NCBI GenBank assembly: GCA_049606355.1
Contig: JBMYVL010000005.1
Location: 100,806-132,805 of the forward strand
Direction of reading: 5' to 3'
DNA length: 32,000 nucleotides
Source of the DNA: Opitutales bacterium
GTDB lineage: Bacteria > Verrucomicrobiota > Verrucomicrobiia > Opitutales > Coraliomargaritaceae
The notes beneath the pieces are model-generated. The model ran no database searches. It was not told the origin of the DNA and saw only the letters and a list, made by a program, of their open reading frames with translations. The translations under genes were made by a program, and so were the position numbers. Shown here piece by piece: positions 24,788 through 32,000 of this stretch (its first letter is position 1; each line of letters opens with the position of its first letter).

Positions 24788-27277
24788 CTAGGGTTGCAGC
24801 GCACCGAAGTCGATGTGGCGCAGCTCCAAGAAATCGCCCGGATACTGCCGCGAGACGCGGAAATGAATGCGTGCCTGATGCGCGCTCGGCGGCGCTTGAA
24901 ACGGGATATGAATGCGCTGCTCCCCCGCGGAGGCCCCCACGGGAACTTGCAGCGGATAATCAAAGCGGAGGCGCTGCCCCTCACGATCCAACCAGCGCAC
25001 CGTGAGTTGAATGCGGTCATCGGGACTCACGCGATAAGCCAAGCGACACTCGAGTAGGTACCGCGCTTCCCCTTGGACCTGCACCTCGGTCGCCATTGAG
25101 AAGGCATCCGCACCACTGACACGTAGGCCGGAAGGCCCCTCTGCGGAGGATCCCACGGGCGCGAACTGTAACTGCTCTGCGGGTCGAAAGTCGATGCGCC
25201 AATCACTGATGCGCGGCAAGTGCGGCGGCAGGAAGCTGCGCGCCTGGCTCGCCGGATCCGCGTAGTGGAGCGCCGCATTGGGCAAAAGCGATTGCACTCG
25301 TTGCGGTCCTGCAGCCCAGGACTTCGCCGCAGCAATTGCATCGGCATACTCGGCCGCACCTTCGAACTCAATTGCCGCGCCAGTTCTTGCCAAGGCAGCA
25401 ATGGCGATCGGCACTGGGTCCGACTGCAACACGTTCATAAATGACTGCAGGCGCGCGTGCAGGGGATCCGCGACCAGCGCCTGCCCATAGGCTTCGAAGG
25501 CGGCGCGCGCCTGAATCAGGGCCGTCACCTCAGCCCCTGTCACGCGATTGGCGAAACAGGCCTCGAGCAGCGTAGCGCGCGCCTGTTGGTAGGCTGCCTG
25601 CATCTCCGTAAAGGCAAAGGCATCTGACACCACTTGCACACGGGCGAGGCGGCGCGAGTCGTCCGCCACCGCAAGTTTGGCACGCTCGAGACAAGCGCGC
25701 AGTTTGGCCAGTACTTCCGGAGTAAACAGCGCGACCCCGGCCTCATCCTTGTAATATTTAATCCACTCCGCTTTACCCGCGTGGGCATTACGGTGCGCCT
25801 CCGCTTCTGTATAAAAGGCGCGCATCGAACTCGCCGCGGCACCAAAAAACTGCGTGTAGTATTCCTCCAGCAGGGCGGCGCCATCCTGCCACGGGTCCCA
25901 GAGCAACTCAGCCGCCAGCCAAGCCTTCGCACCATCCAAGCCCCAGGCGGAGGGCAATTGTGAAAAGAACACGCTGACCCGATTGGCAGCGAGGTGCTGC
26001 AGGCTCTCCATCAGCCACTGATTGAATTGCCGCGGGTACGGCAGTGGCGCACCGAAATAGTAGTCCCATGTGGCGATCCGTGATGCGCCCGAGTTCGCCC
26101 AACGTTCGATGAGGGCACGGTCTTCGGCGCGGTAGTTTGGGTCGTGCCACTGCGCGCGGTCGGAGGTCAGCACCGGCATCACGTTTGGGTGCAGTGGAAT
26201 CGACGGCGATTGTTCGGCCCAGTAGTATGCGAGCGCGGTCAGATAGCGATCTTCGCCCGCAGGGGTGCGCCACAGCTCTGCTCCGGATGCGCCATCCTGC
26301 TGCTGCGCCTGTAGCGCCTCCAGCGCCTCGGCGACTTGATTCATAAAACCGAATACCAGATCGGTATAATTCGGCCGACTGCGAAAATAACGAACCGGGC
26401 CAAGCGCGGCAGCGGTACGTGCGGAATCGTCGAAGTAACAGTTATCGTTAATCGAAAGTGAGAAACTGCGGCTGGTCGGATGGTCCTGAAAATGCCGCCA
26501 AGCGGCCTGCGCCGCCCACTGAACCGCACGCGGATGGGTGAGGTCCGGCTGTGGATCGTACTTGCCGCTGCCGCTTGGCGCGCGGCGGGCGCCATACACT
26601 TCCGCAAAAAGCTCCGGCTCCCGCGCGAATAGCTCGGGCGTGAATACTTTGGCGAGCGCATGGTTGAAGCGATACCCGCCGACCAAGCGATTGCGCCGCC
26701 CATAGTCGTTTTCCATCGGGGACAGGCGGCGCTGCACAAAGACCGGCGCTTCGCGCCAGGGCCGTTCCGGGAAATGCCGTGGCACGGCCCCGACATACTC
26801 GAGGCCGATGGCTTCCGGCCAGTACCAGCGCGCACCCAGCATCTCTGTGCACAGTGCGTAGAGTGCATTCGACAGGCCGTTGTCAGATGGGGAACGCACA
26901 GTCACGCGGTTACGCTGGCGCGCGATTGAAAAACTACCCGCCACGGAATACCCCTGCCAGTCAGCGAAGCGCCGCACCGGGAGGCGTTGCACTACAATCG
27001 CTGGCTTGGGCAGGACTGCCTGCCGCTCGCCTGCGGCGGATTCCAGCTGAACCAACTCCAGCGCGGTGCCGACGCGTTCCAACCAAACCGTTTGCAAGTC
27101 CTTCGCAGCGGCCTGCAGCGCTTCACTGGGCTCCGGCGGCAGCACCAGCGATTGGATCGCAGTCAGTAACAAACGCGCCGAACCCGGCCGCGCCTCCGGC
27201 TTCCACGAATGCGCGCGCGGGGTCGCCGACAGCGTTAGCGTCGACAGGATGAAGGCGATGAGAAATCGTTGGCACAT
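24788..27277 (-). CDS. Large secreted protein, possibly a DUF4838-type glycoside-hydrolase-like protein with a C-terminal beta-sandwich (CBM-like) domain
   Basis: 829 aa. The signal peptide is MCQRFLIAFILSTLTLSATPRA. The central region is rich in W/Y/F (WYWPE, FNHALAKVF, FSLSINDNCYFDD, ATWDYYFGAP), which suggests a carbohydrate-active fold. The DUF4838 assignment is a recollection, not verified. Confidence 0.55.
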   Translation of the reverse strand: MCQRFLIAFILSTLTLSATPRAHSWKPEARPGSARLLLTAIQSLVLPPEPSEALQAAAKDLQTVWLERVGTALELVQLESAAGERQAVLPKPAIVVQRLPVRRFADWQGYSVAGSFSIARQRNRVTVRSPSDNGLSNALYALCTEMLGARWYWPEAIGLEYVGAVPRHFPERPWREAPVFVQRRLSPMENDYGRRNRLVGGYRFNHALAKVFTPELFAREPELFAEVYGARRAPSGSGKYDPQPDLTHPRAVQWAAQAAWRHFQDHPTSRSFSLSINDNCYFDDSARTAAALGPVRYFRSRPNYTDLVFGFMNQVAEALEALQAQQQDGASGAELWRTPAGEDRYLTALAYYWAEQSPSIPLHPNVMPVLTSDRAQWHDPNYRAEDRALIERWANSGASRIATWDYYFGAPLPYPRQFNQWLMESLQHLAANRVSVFFSQLPSAWGLDGAKAWLAAELLWDPWQDGAALLEEYYTQFFGAAASSMRAFYTEAEAHRNAHAGKAEWIKYYKDEAGVALFTPEVLAKLRACLERAKLAVADDSRRLARVQVVSDAFAFTEMQAAYQQARATLLEACFANRVTGAEVTALIQARAAFEAYGQALVADPLHARLQSFMNVLQSDPVPIAIAALARTGAAIEFEGAAEYADAIAAAKSWAAGPQRVQSLLPNAALHYADPASQARSFLPPHLPRISDWRIDFRPAEQLQFAPVGSSAEGPSGLRVSGADAFSMATEVQVQGEARYLLECRLAYRVSPDDRIQLTVRWLDREGQRLRFDYPLQVPVGASAGEQRIHIPFQAPPSAHQARIHFRVSRQYPGDFLELRHIDFGALQP

Positions 27278-27388
27278 CTGAGTCCTACAGAGTATTCTGT
27301 GCCATCCCTTGATGGCGCCCGCATGTGGGGTTTTCCAGCACCAATTTTACCGACAAGCGGCAGCGCCATTCGCTCCAGGGACCAGCAA

Positions 27389-28096
27389 CTAAGGACGGCG
27401 TCTGTGCAAAACGACCAGGCCGCAGACGATCCCGAGTGCGAGCGTATAGGCACGCGGTTCGGGGATCCCGATTAATTGGATATTATCCATACCGACGACC
27501 CCGTAAAATTCATCGCCAATTGCCGAATAGCCGAGCGTCGACGAAAAAATCCGAAAGCCCTTAATATCAGCGAGTGTTGCCGCAAAGGTATCGGTGCCGA
27601 TGCCTCCAGATAAATCACCGACTCGATGCATGGCGCTCTCACTGATCGTGAAGCTGGCACTCCCCCAGCCACTCAGCGGAGCGAAATACACCGGTGTATC
27701 ACTGACCCACCATGTTCCCGTACTGATTTGCGGATTGGTGACATTGGAAAGCCCAAGGCGAAGATAAACCGGATCGGAATCACTCCAATTATTAAAATCC
27801 AGCTGCAATTCCACAATGCCCCGCGCCACGAAATCACCGGTCCAGTCGCTGCCCGTATTGCGGGCAATCACCTTGTTGCCCCGGTCATCGCTGAGGATTC
27901 CAACCGGCTTCCGCAGATAATAATCGCCCAGCGTCTGCCCCTCTACATCGCTGCGCTCGTAAAAGGCGCCCTGCCAGCCCTCGAGGTCCTGGCTGAAATC
28001 ACTCAGCGCCGCCACATAGTTCGACCCGATCGCTGCGGGCACGCCACCCGCGATGCAGCAAAGGGTACCGATCGATCGCCATAAAAGTCTCATCAC
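27389..28096 (-). CDS. PEP-CTERM sorting-domain protein
   Basis: 235 aa with an N-terminal signal-like segment. The C-terminus IGIPEPRAYTLALGIVCGLVVLHRRRP has the PEP motif, a TM helix and an Arg cluster, as expected of exosortase substrates. Confidence 0.8.
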   Translation of the reverse strand: MMRLLWRSIGTLCCIAGGVPAAIGSNYVAALSDFSQDLEGWQGAFYERSDVEGQTLGDYYLRKPVGILSDDRGNKVIARNTGSDWTGDFVARGIVELQLDFNNWSDSDPVYLRLGLSNVTNPQISTGTWWVSDTPVYFAPLSGWGSASFTISESAMHRVGDLSGGIGTDTFAATLADIKGFRIFSSTLGYSAIGDEFYGVVGMDNIQLIGIPEPRAYTLALGIVCGLVVLHRRRP

Positions 28097-28107
28097 GATA
28101 ACAAACG

Positions 28108-29544
28108 CTAGGCAGTAAGGATCCCCAGCGGTGACGCGGGATTGGCAAAGCTAAAATTATGAATGTTCGGAATCACCGTACTCATCTCCGACTGAGGCAC
28201 ACCAAACCAAGCCGCCAGTTCACACATATAGGCATCCGTGGACGTCGACGGAAGGATGCGGCCGCGACCGACATCATTGGGCCCGCCATTCGCAAGGATT
28301 GGGTACTCCCCAAAAATCTCTCCCCCGTTGGCACTGCCACTGATAATGAAATGATTGCCGCCCCAAGCGTGGTCCGAACCACTCCCGTTGGACGTCAAGG
28401 TACGCCCAAAATCCGAGGCAGTGTACAGCACCACGTTATTCTCCAAGCCAAGGTTCACGACTTCCGACCAGAAGGTTTGAATCGCTTCATTGAGCTCCAC
28501 AAAGAGTCCTGCTTGCGGTGCAATGACCTCGTTGTGGTGGTCCCACCCCCCACGCTCCACAAAGAAGATTTGTCGATTCATGTTCAGCGCTGTGCGCGCT
28601 TCCATAATCTTTGGAATCATCGCCAAGCGCGCGCGTGTGGGTGTATAGTCTGCCACTGCGGCAGGATCGAACGGCACCGCTAAGCCGTCCAAAGCACTTT
28701 TGAAGGCAATCGATGCATCAATCGAACCGCGGTTGGCCTGTGCCAGTGTCTTCGAGTAAATACTGTGGTAGTGTTGGCTGAGCACATCATCCACCGCCAA
28801 ACGCAGCGTCGGATCCTGACTGTAGTCCCGCAGCTCCACCGCGCCGCCGGGGTCGGTGATATAAGGGATGGTGGTCAGCCCCGATTGCAGGACATTGGTT
28901 CCCGACAGCGAGATATTCATCGCAAAATTGCTCTGCTGATTCGCGTGGGCCATCACTTCCGCCATACGGCCGGCCCAGCCCTTTGGACTGGTGCCCCGCA
29001 CTTGCGGCACCAGCGTCTGCCAGTGCACCTGATGGTCCGGGTGAGAGAACAAGCCTTCGGGCAAGGGCTTCGTCCCATCATTGTACTGCGCCAGCGAGGT
29101 GGGCTCGATCAGCGAGCCCACGTTACTGACAAAGGCCAAATCCCCCTGATCATAGAGTGTTTTGAGAAAGGGCAAGTCCGGGTGAATCCCGAATTCACTG
29201 TAACCCGCACCGCCCGATGCAGTTTGCATTGCCGATGTAATCGGCAGCAGATCTTCCCTACGGTGCGCTAATCCATCACTGCTATCTAAATAAGTACCCC
29301 CCCGCGCAGTCGCATACTCATTATAGGCACTTTGCTGGCGCGGCACCAACATATTAAAGGAGTCATTGCCACCATTGAGAAATAAACAAACCAGCGCCTT
29401 GTAATCGGAAAAATTGGAAGCGGACGCGGCGCCCGCAGTTAAACGGAGGGACAGCAAGGAGGACAAGAGCGAGGCGCTACCGATCGCCGCGCAATTTGCC
29501 TGTGCTAAAAACTGCCGTCGTGAGATCTTGTGCTTCCCATTCAT
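28108..29544 (-). CDS. DUF1501 domain protein (sulfatase/alkaline-phosphatase superfamily) with a Tat signal
   Basis: 478 aa. The twin-arginine signal is KISRRQFLAQANCAAIGSA. ERGGWDHHNE and SDFGRTLTSNGSGSDHAWGG correspond to the DUF1501 conserved blocks (GGWDTH, FGR.P..N..GRDHW). Confidence 0.85.
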   Translation of the reverse strand: MNGKHKISRRQFLAQANCAAIGSASLLSSLLSLRLTAGAASASNFSDYKALVCLFLNGGNDSFNMLVPRQQSAYNEYATARGGTYLDSSDGLAHRREDLLPITSAMQTASGGAGYSEFGIHPDLPFLKTLYDQGDLAFVSNVGSLIEPTSLAQYNDGTKPLPEGLFSHPDHQVHWQTLVPQVRGTSPKGWAGRMAEVMAHANQQSNFAMNISLSGTNVLQSGLTTIPYITDPGGAVELRDYSQDPTLRLAVDDVLSQHYHSIYSKTLAQANRGSIDASIAFKSALDGLAVPFDPAAVADYTPTRARLAMIPKIMEARTALNMNRQIFFVERGGWDHHNEVIAPQAGLFVELNEAIQTFWSEVVNLGLENNVVLYTASDFGRTLTSNGSGSDHAWGGNHFIISGSANGGEIFGEYPILANGGPNDVGRGRILPSTSTDAYMCELAAWFGVPQSEMSTVIPNIHNFSFANPASPLGILTA

Positions 29545-29545
29545 A

Positions 29546-31786
29546 CTAATACAGGGTGTTGAATTCAGGAGTGAGCGTGATCAAGCTTGCCAAGTACTTG
29601 GCCTTGTCGGCCCCGCTTCGATTGCTCGAGTCAATTGCCGTTGCCAGGGTTTGCAAATTTACGGCACTCAACCGCCCCGCGCAGAGCAAGGTATTGAGGT
29701 GCTCGAGCAGAGCCGTCGTGTCGTGACTGATCGAAGCTTCGTAGGCATAGTCGCCAATCACCGCGTCCTGGTAGGGGTTGACTTTCTGCCCAATATTGCC
29801 CGGCACTGAATTGGGATCCGATGGATCGGCATCACCACCCGAGATCCCATGGTGGATGACCGTGCTCAGTGCATTCGCCAGATGTAAACTACTGACGTCA
29901 TTATGAATTTGAAACTCGGGGGCGGTCAACTGCTGCTGGCCAATCACCCCATTCGGACTGTAATCAGGACGATAGAAATTAAACACCGAGGGCGCCTCGT
30001 AAGGGCCTTGCAAAAATAAATCTTTCAGCCCTTTGAAGTAAATCCATTCATACGGCCGCCGCGATTCCAGGCCGAAGGCACGCGCCACGTGCATTAAGCG
30101 TATGAGTGGCTCCCGCAGCTTGCCATGATTGGGATCGTAGGCGAGGTGGTGCGAACGCGCCTCCGGGTGTAGCAGCACCGCCTTAATCGTCGCCACCATA
30201 TCCCCGCGCTGGCCAGTGCCTGAGCCTTGGTAGTACCCGGTCTTAAACGCTTGTGCAACGGCCTCAATGTAAGCCGGGGAGGGATTGGAGATCGTAAAGC
30301 GCTGAATCAAGAAGCGCGCGAAGAAAGGCGGCGTGTTTGCATGATTGAAGAGGTGGTCGAGCAGGCCCTCGACATCATTGCGCACTCCTTGGGCATTACT
30401 GCTAAACGGGCCGAGCTGCGAGCCATCGAGCAAGGTCTTCGGGCTGAAGTCGTGCCAGCCGGCCTGAATCCGCATCGGATCCACATAATTGCCAAAAAAT
30501 ATTTCGATGTTGCCGCGGTCACGTGGGCGCCGCAGGCCGGTAAACACTTTGGCAAATTCAAAGATGTCGTCATTATCATAGGTGGGTATGGCCTTCCCCT
30601 CCGCATCCAGTTGAAGCGTTCCATCCTCATTCAGCTCCCAGAGGCCGATCGTAAACAGCTGCATCACTTCCCGCGCATAATTTTCGTCGGGGAAAGTGCC
30701 CTTCGTCACATTGGCTTTACGGTTCTCAATATGCGACAGGTAGTAGCCCATGTGCGGGCTCCACGTGACCTCGCTCAGCACATCGCGAAAGTTACCAAAG
30801 GCGTGGCGCACGAAGATGTCATAATAATTGAGCCAGCGCTCCGTCGTTGCGGGTTGATTGCTGCCCTCAACGCCGACCACAAAGTACTGGCTGAGCGCCC
30901 ATGCAATCCGCTGCCGCAGTTGGTCGGGGGCATGGAGCGCCGCTTCATACCAGACGATTTTTTTGGTGTCCTCCATTGGATAGGAAACGTTCCAAATGTG
31001 CCCCGAGTGCGCGGTTGAGTCCTGCGCATGCGAGCCGATCTTCGGGACACCGTTCCAATCCAAGTTGCCCGTATGCTCTGCCGCATCGATCGGGCTGCCA
31101 TCGGCAGCAAAAAGGCCTCCGTGGCCAGGCAAGGGGCAGTTCCAATTGGTCTTGTATCGAGTTTGACCCCGATAAAATGCCAAGCGGTGCCCCAGAGCGG
31201 TATCGTGACCCACCTCATTCGGCAGGTAATTCGCATTCGCAGACTGATCGACAAAAGCCGGGTCGCTGCGCTGGCGCCAGTAAGCGCGGTGGTAAAAGGG
31301 GCTCAGCGCAATTTGCTGATCGATCCACGCCTCGTAACTCGCCAGGTCCAGCGCACTTGCTGCCGCCACCCCAGGGAAGGCCTCGATCTCACTGCGTCGG
31401 GGGCCAAAAGTCGTCTGCTGTAGGAAGCGGGCCGCCAGCGCGGCATTGCTGGGAGCCACCAGACTCGCAGGTGCTCGTTTGCGGTAAAACCCTGCCGCAC
31501 CGCGCGGCATGGCCAGCGCTTGGTCGGTGCTGTCCGCTACACCCGTAATCGGGTAAGCATGCGGGAAGCTCGTCTCCCAAACGCCCGCGTAGTTGCGCGC
31601 CACCGGCACCCACTCCTGCAGGTCGCTGGAGAACTCGATGATTTCCATCGGCTCAATCGTGTCTTTCAGCAGCACCTGAGCCTCTGCCCCCTGTAGCGTG
31701 ACCGCATACGACTCCTCCGCCGCCAGCGGAGCGCTACACAGCAGCAGCGGGAGCCAGTAAACAGGCCAAGCGCAGAATGGTTTCAT
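29546..31786 (-). CDS. DUF1800 domain protein (secreted)
   Basis: 746 aa. The signal peptide is MKPFCAWPVYWLPLLLCSAPLAAE. FPDENYAREVMQLFTIGLWELNEDGT is the characteristic DUF1800 block (NENYAREL.ELFTLG...Y.E.DV). Its stop lies 1 nt before the DUF1501 start, the usual DUF1800/DUF1501 pairing. Confidence 0.85.
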   Translation of the reverse strand: MKPFCAWPVYWLPLLLCSAPLAAEESYAVTLQGAEAQVLLKDTIEPMEIIEFSSDLQEWVPVARNYAGVWETSFPHAYPITGVADSTDQALAMPRGAAGFYRKRAPASLVAPSNAALAARFLQQTTFGPRRSEIEAFPGVAAASALDLASYEAWIDQQIALSPFYHRAYWRQRSDPAFVDQSANANYLPNEVGHDTALGHRLAFYRGQTRYKTNWNCPLPGHGGLFAADGSPIDAAEHTGNLDWNGVPKIGSHAQDSTAHSGHIWNVSYPMEDTKKIVWYEAALHAPDQLRQRIAWALSQYFVVGVEGSNQPATTERWLNYYDIFVRHAFGNFRDVLSEVTWSPHMGYYLSHIENRKANVTKGTFPDENYAREVMQLFTIGLWELNEDGTLQLDAEGKAIPTYDNDDIFEFAKVFTGLRRPRDRGNIEIFFGNYVDPMRIQAGWHDFSPKTLLDGSQLGPFSSNAQGVRNDVEGLLDHLFNHANTPPFFARFLIQRFTISNPSPAYIEAVAQAFKTGYYQGSGTGQRGDMVATIKAVLLHPEARSHHLAYDPNHGKLREPLIRLMHVARAFGLESRRPYEWIYFKGLKDLFLQGPYEAPSVFNFYRPDYSPNGVIGQQQLTAPEFQIHNDVSSLHLANALSTVIHHGISGGDADPSDPNSVPGNIGQKVNPYQDAVIGDYAYEASISHDTTALLEHLNTLLCAGRLSAVNLQTLATAIDSSNRSGADKAKYLASLITLTPEFNTLY

Positions 31787-31798
31787 ACTCGTGGGGAC

Positions 31799-31812
31799 AA
31801 AAAAGGGGGGGG
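31799..31812. repeat. Homopolymeric A6G8 tract (C8T6 on the coding strand of the downstream operon)
   Basis: Read directly: ...gtggggac aaaaaa gggggggg atcaaag.... It lies 13-26 nt upstream of the DUF1800 ATG (31786) on the opposite strand. Confidence 0.9.
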
Positions 31813-31910
31813 ATCAAAGCCTATGATTATGAAGTTTTTACAAATTACAAGTCGGGAGTTGCGAATGATGCCTGTCGTGCCCTCCCCGCTGCCGGGAAGG
31901 AGACAAAGGA

Positions 31911-32000
31911 ATGGCAGCAGTGCCCCGCGCCACGCCAACCGGCGCGTGCGGCACTTTTGATTGGCCTTGGCAGCGATCTGCTACTACTTCTCGACACACC
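31911..32000 (+). CDS. Possible 5' end of an unidentified CDS running off the right edge
   Basis: The ATG at 31911 is preceded by GGGAAGGAG (31894-31902) at 8-nt spacing. The frame is open to nt 32000 (MAAVPRATPTGACGTFDWPWQRSATTSRHT). It is too short and too featureless to assign. Confidence 0.2.
   Translation, partial: MAAVPRATPTGACGTFDWPWQRSATTSRHT

Noticed and set aside
30227-31018. 263-aa plus-strand ORF inside the DUF1800 gene
   Set aside because: It is antisense to a CDS with strong family motifs and has no recognisable motif or signal of its own. The same reasoning applies to the other antisense ORFs in 24788-31786 (for example 25540-25935, 26341-26868 and 28159-28683).
31865-31960. 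31-codon ORF (MMPVVPSPLPGRRQRNGSSAPRHANRRVRHF) in the right-hand intergenic region
   Set aside because: It is short, highly basic and low-complexity, has no Shine-Dalgarno, and overlaps the better-supported ATG at 31911 in another frame.
1-32000. Scan for CRISPR arrays, tRNA/rRNA genes, IS elements, integrases and prophage or defence islands
   Set aside because: I noticed no spaced direct repeats, no cloverleaf-like or rRNA-like segments in the short intergenic gaps, and no transposase or integrase-like translations. The only defence-associated fold is the orphan RloB-like gene, which is reported separately.

Overview
Gene-dense, GC-rich chromosomal segment with about 31 protein-coding genes. 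I recognised no rRNA, tRNA, CRISPR array, transposase or integrase. All family calls come from motifs read by eye in the supplied translations, with no database search.

The gene content suggests a PVC-superphylum genome, probably Verrucomicrobiota (inference). The supporting genes are a Tat-signal DUF1501 next to DUF1800, a PEP-CTERM protein, DUF1573, OpcA-zwf and an NtrC-type sigma-54 activator.

Housekeeping genes:
- pabB-like gene (cut by the left edge; missing from the ORF track but translated manually)
- lptF/G-family permease
- pyrE
- yjbQ
- folE2 plus a Nudix gene
- an MBL-fold hydrolase
- pyk
- yraN-zwf-opcA

Features worth a second look:
1. A 1015-aa single chain fusing 2-oxoacid dehydrogenase E1-alpha, E1-beta, a lipoyl domain and an E2 core. 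It has no peripheral-subunit-binding domain, and there is no E3 gene nearby.
2. Directly downstream of it, a 397-aa membrane protein that looks like the N-terminal half of a P1B heavy-metal ATPase with no catalytic domains.
3. A tightly coupled GtrA-sulfotransferase-GT4-DUF2334 operon that ends in an orphan RloB-like Toprim gene.
4. A rhodanese-MauE/DoxX-DUF1573 three-gene module in which two members carry CGC motifs.
5. An FAD oxidoreductase next to a YtqB/MnmM-type methyltransferase, possibly a split MnmC replacement.
6. A DUF1800-DUF1501-PEP-CTERM-large secreted protein operon preceded by an A6G8 homopolymer tract.

Several ORF-track entries carry spurious N-terminal extensions. I trimmed these to starts that fit signal peptides, Shine-Dalgarno spacing or operon junctions.
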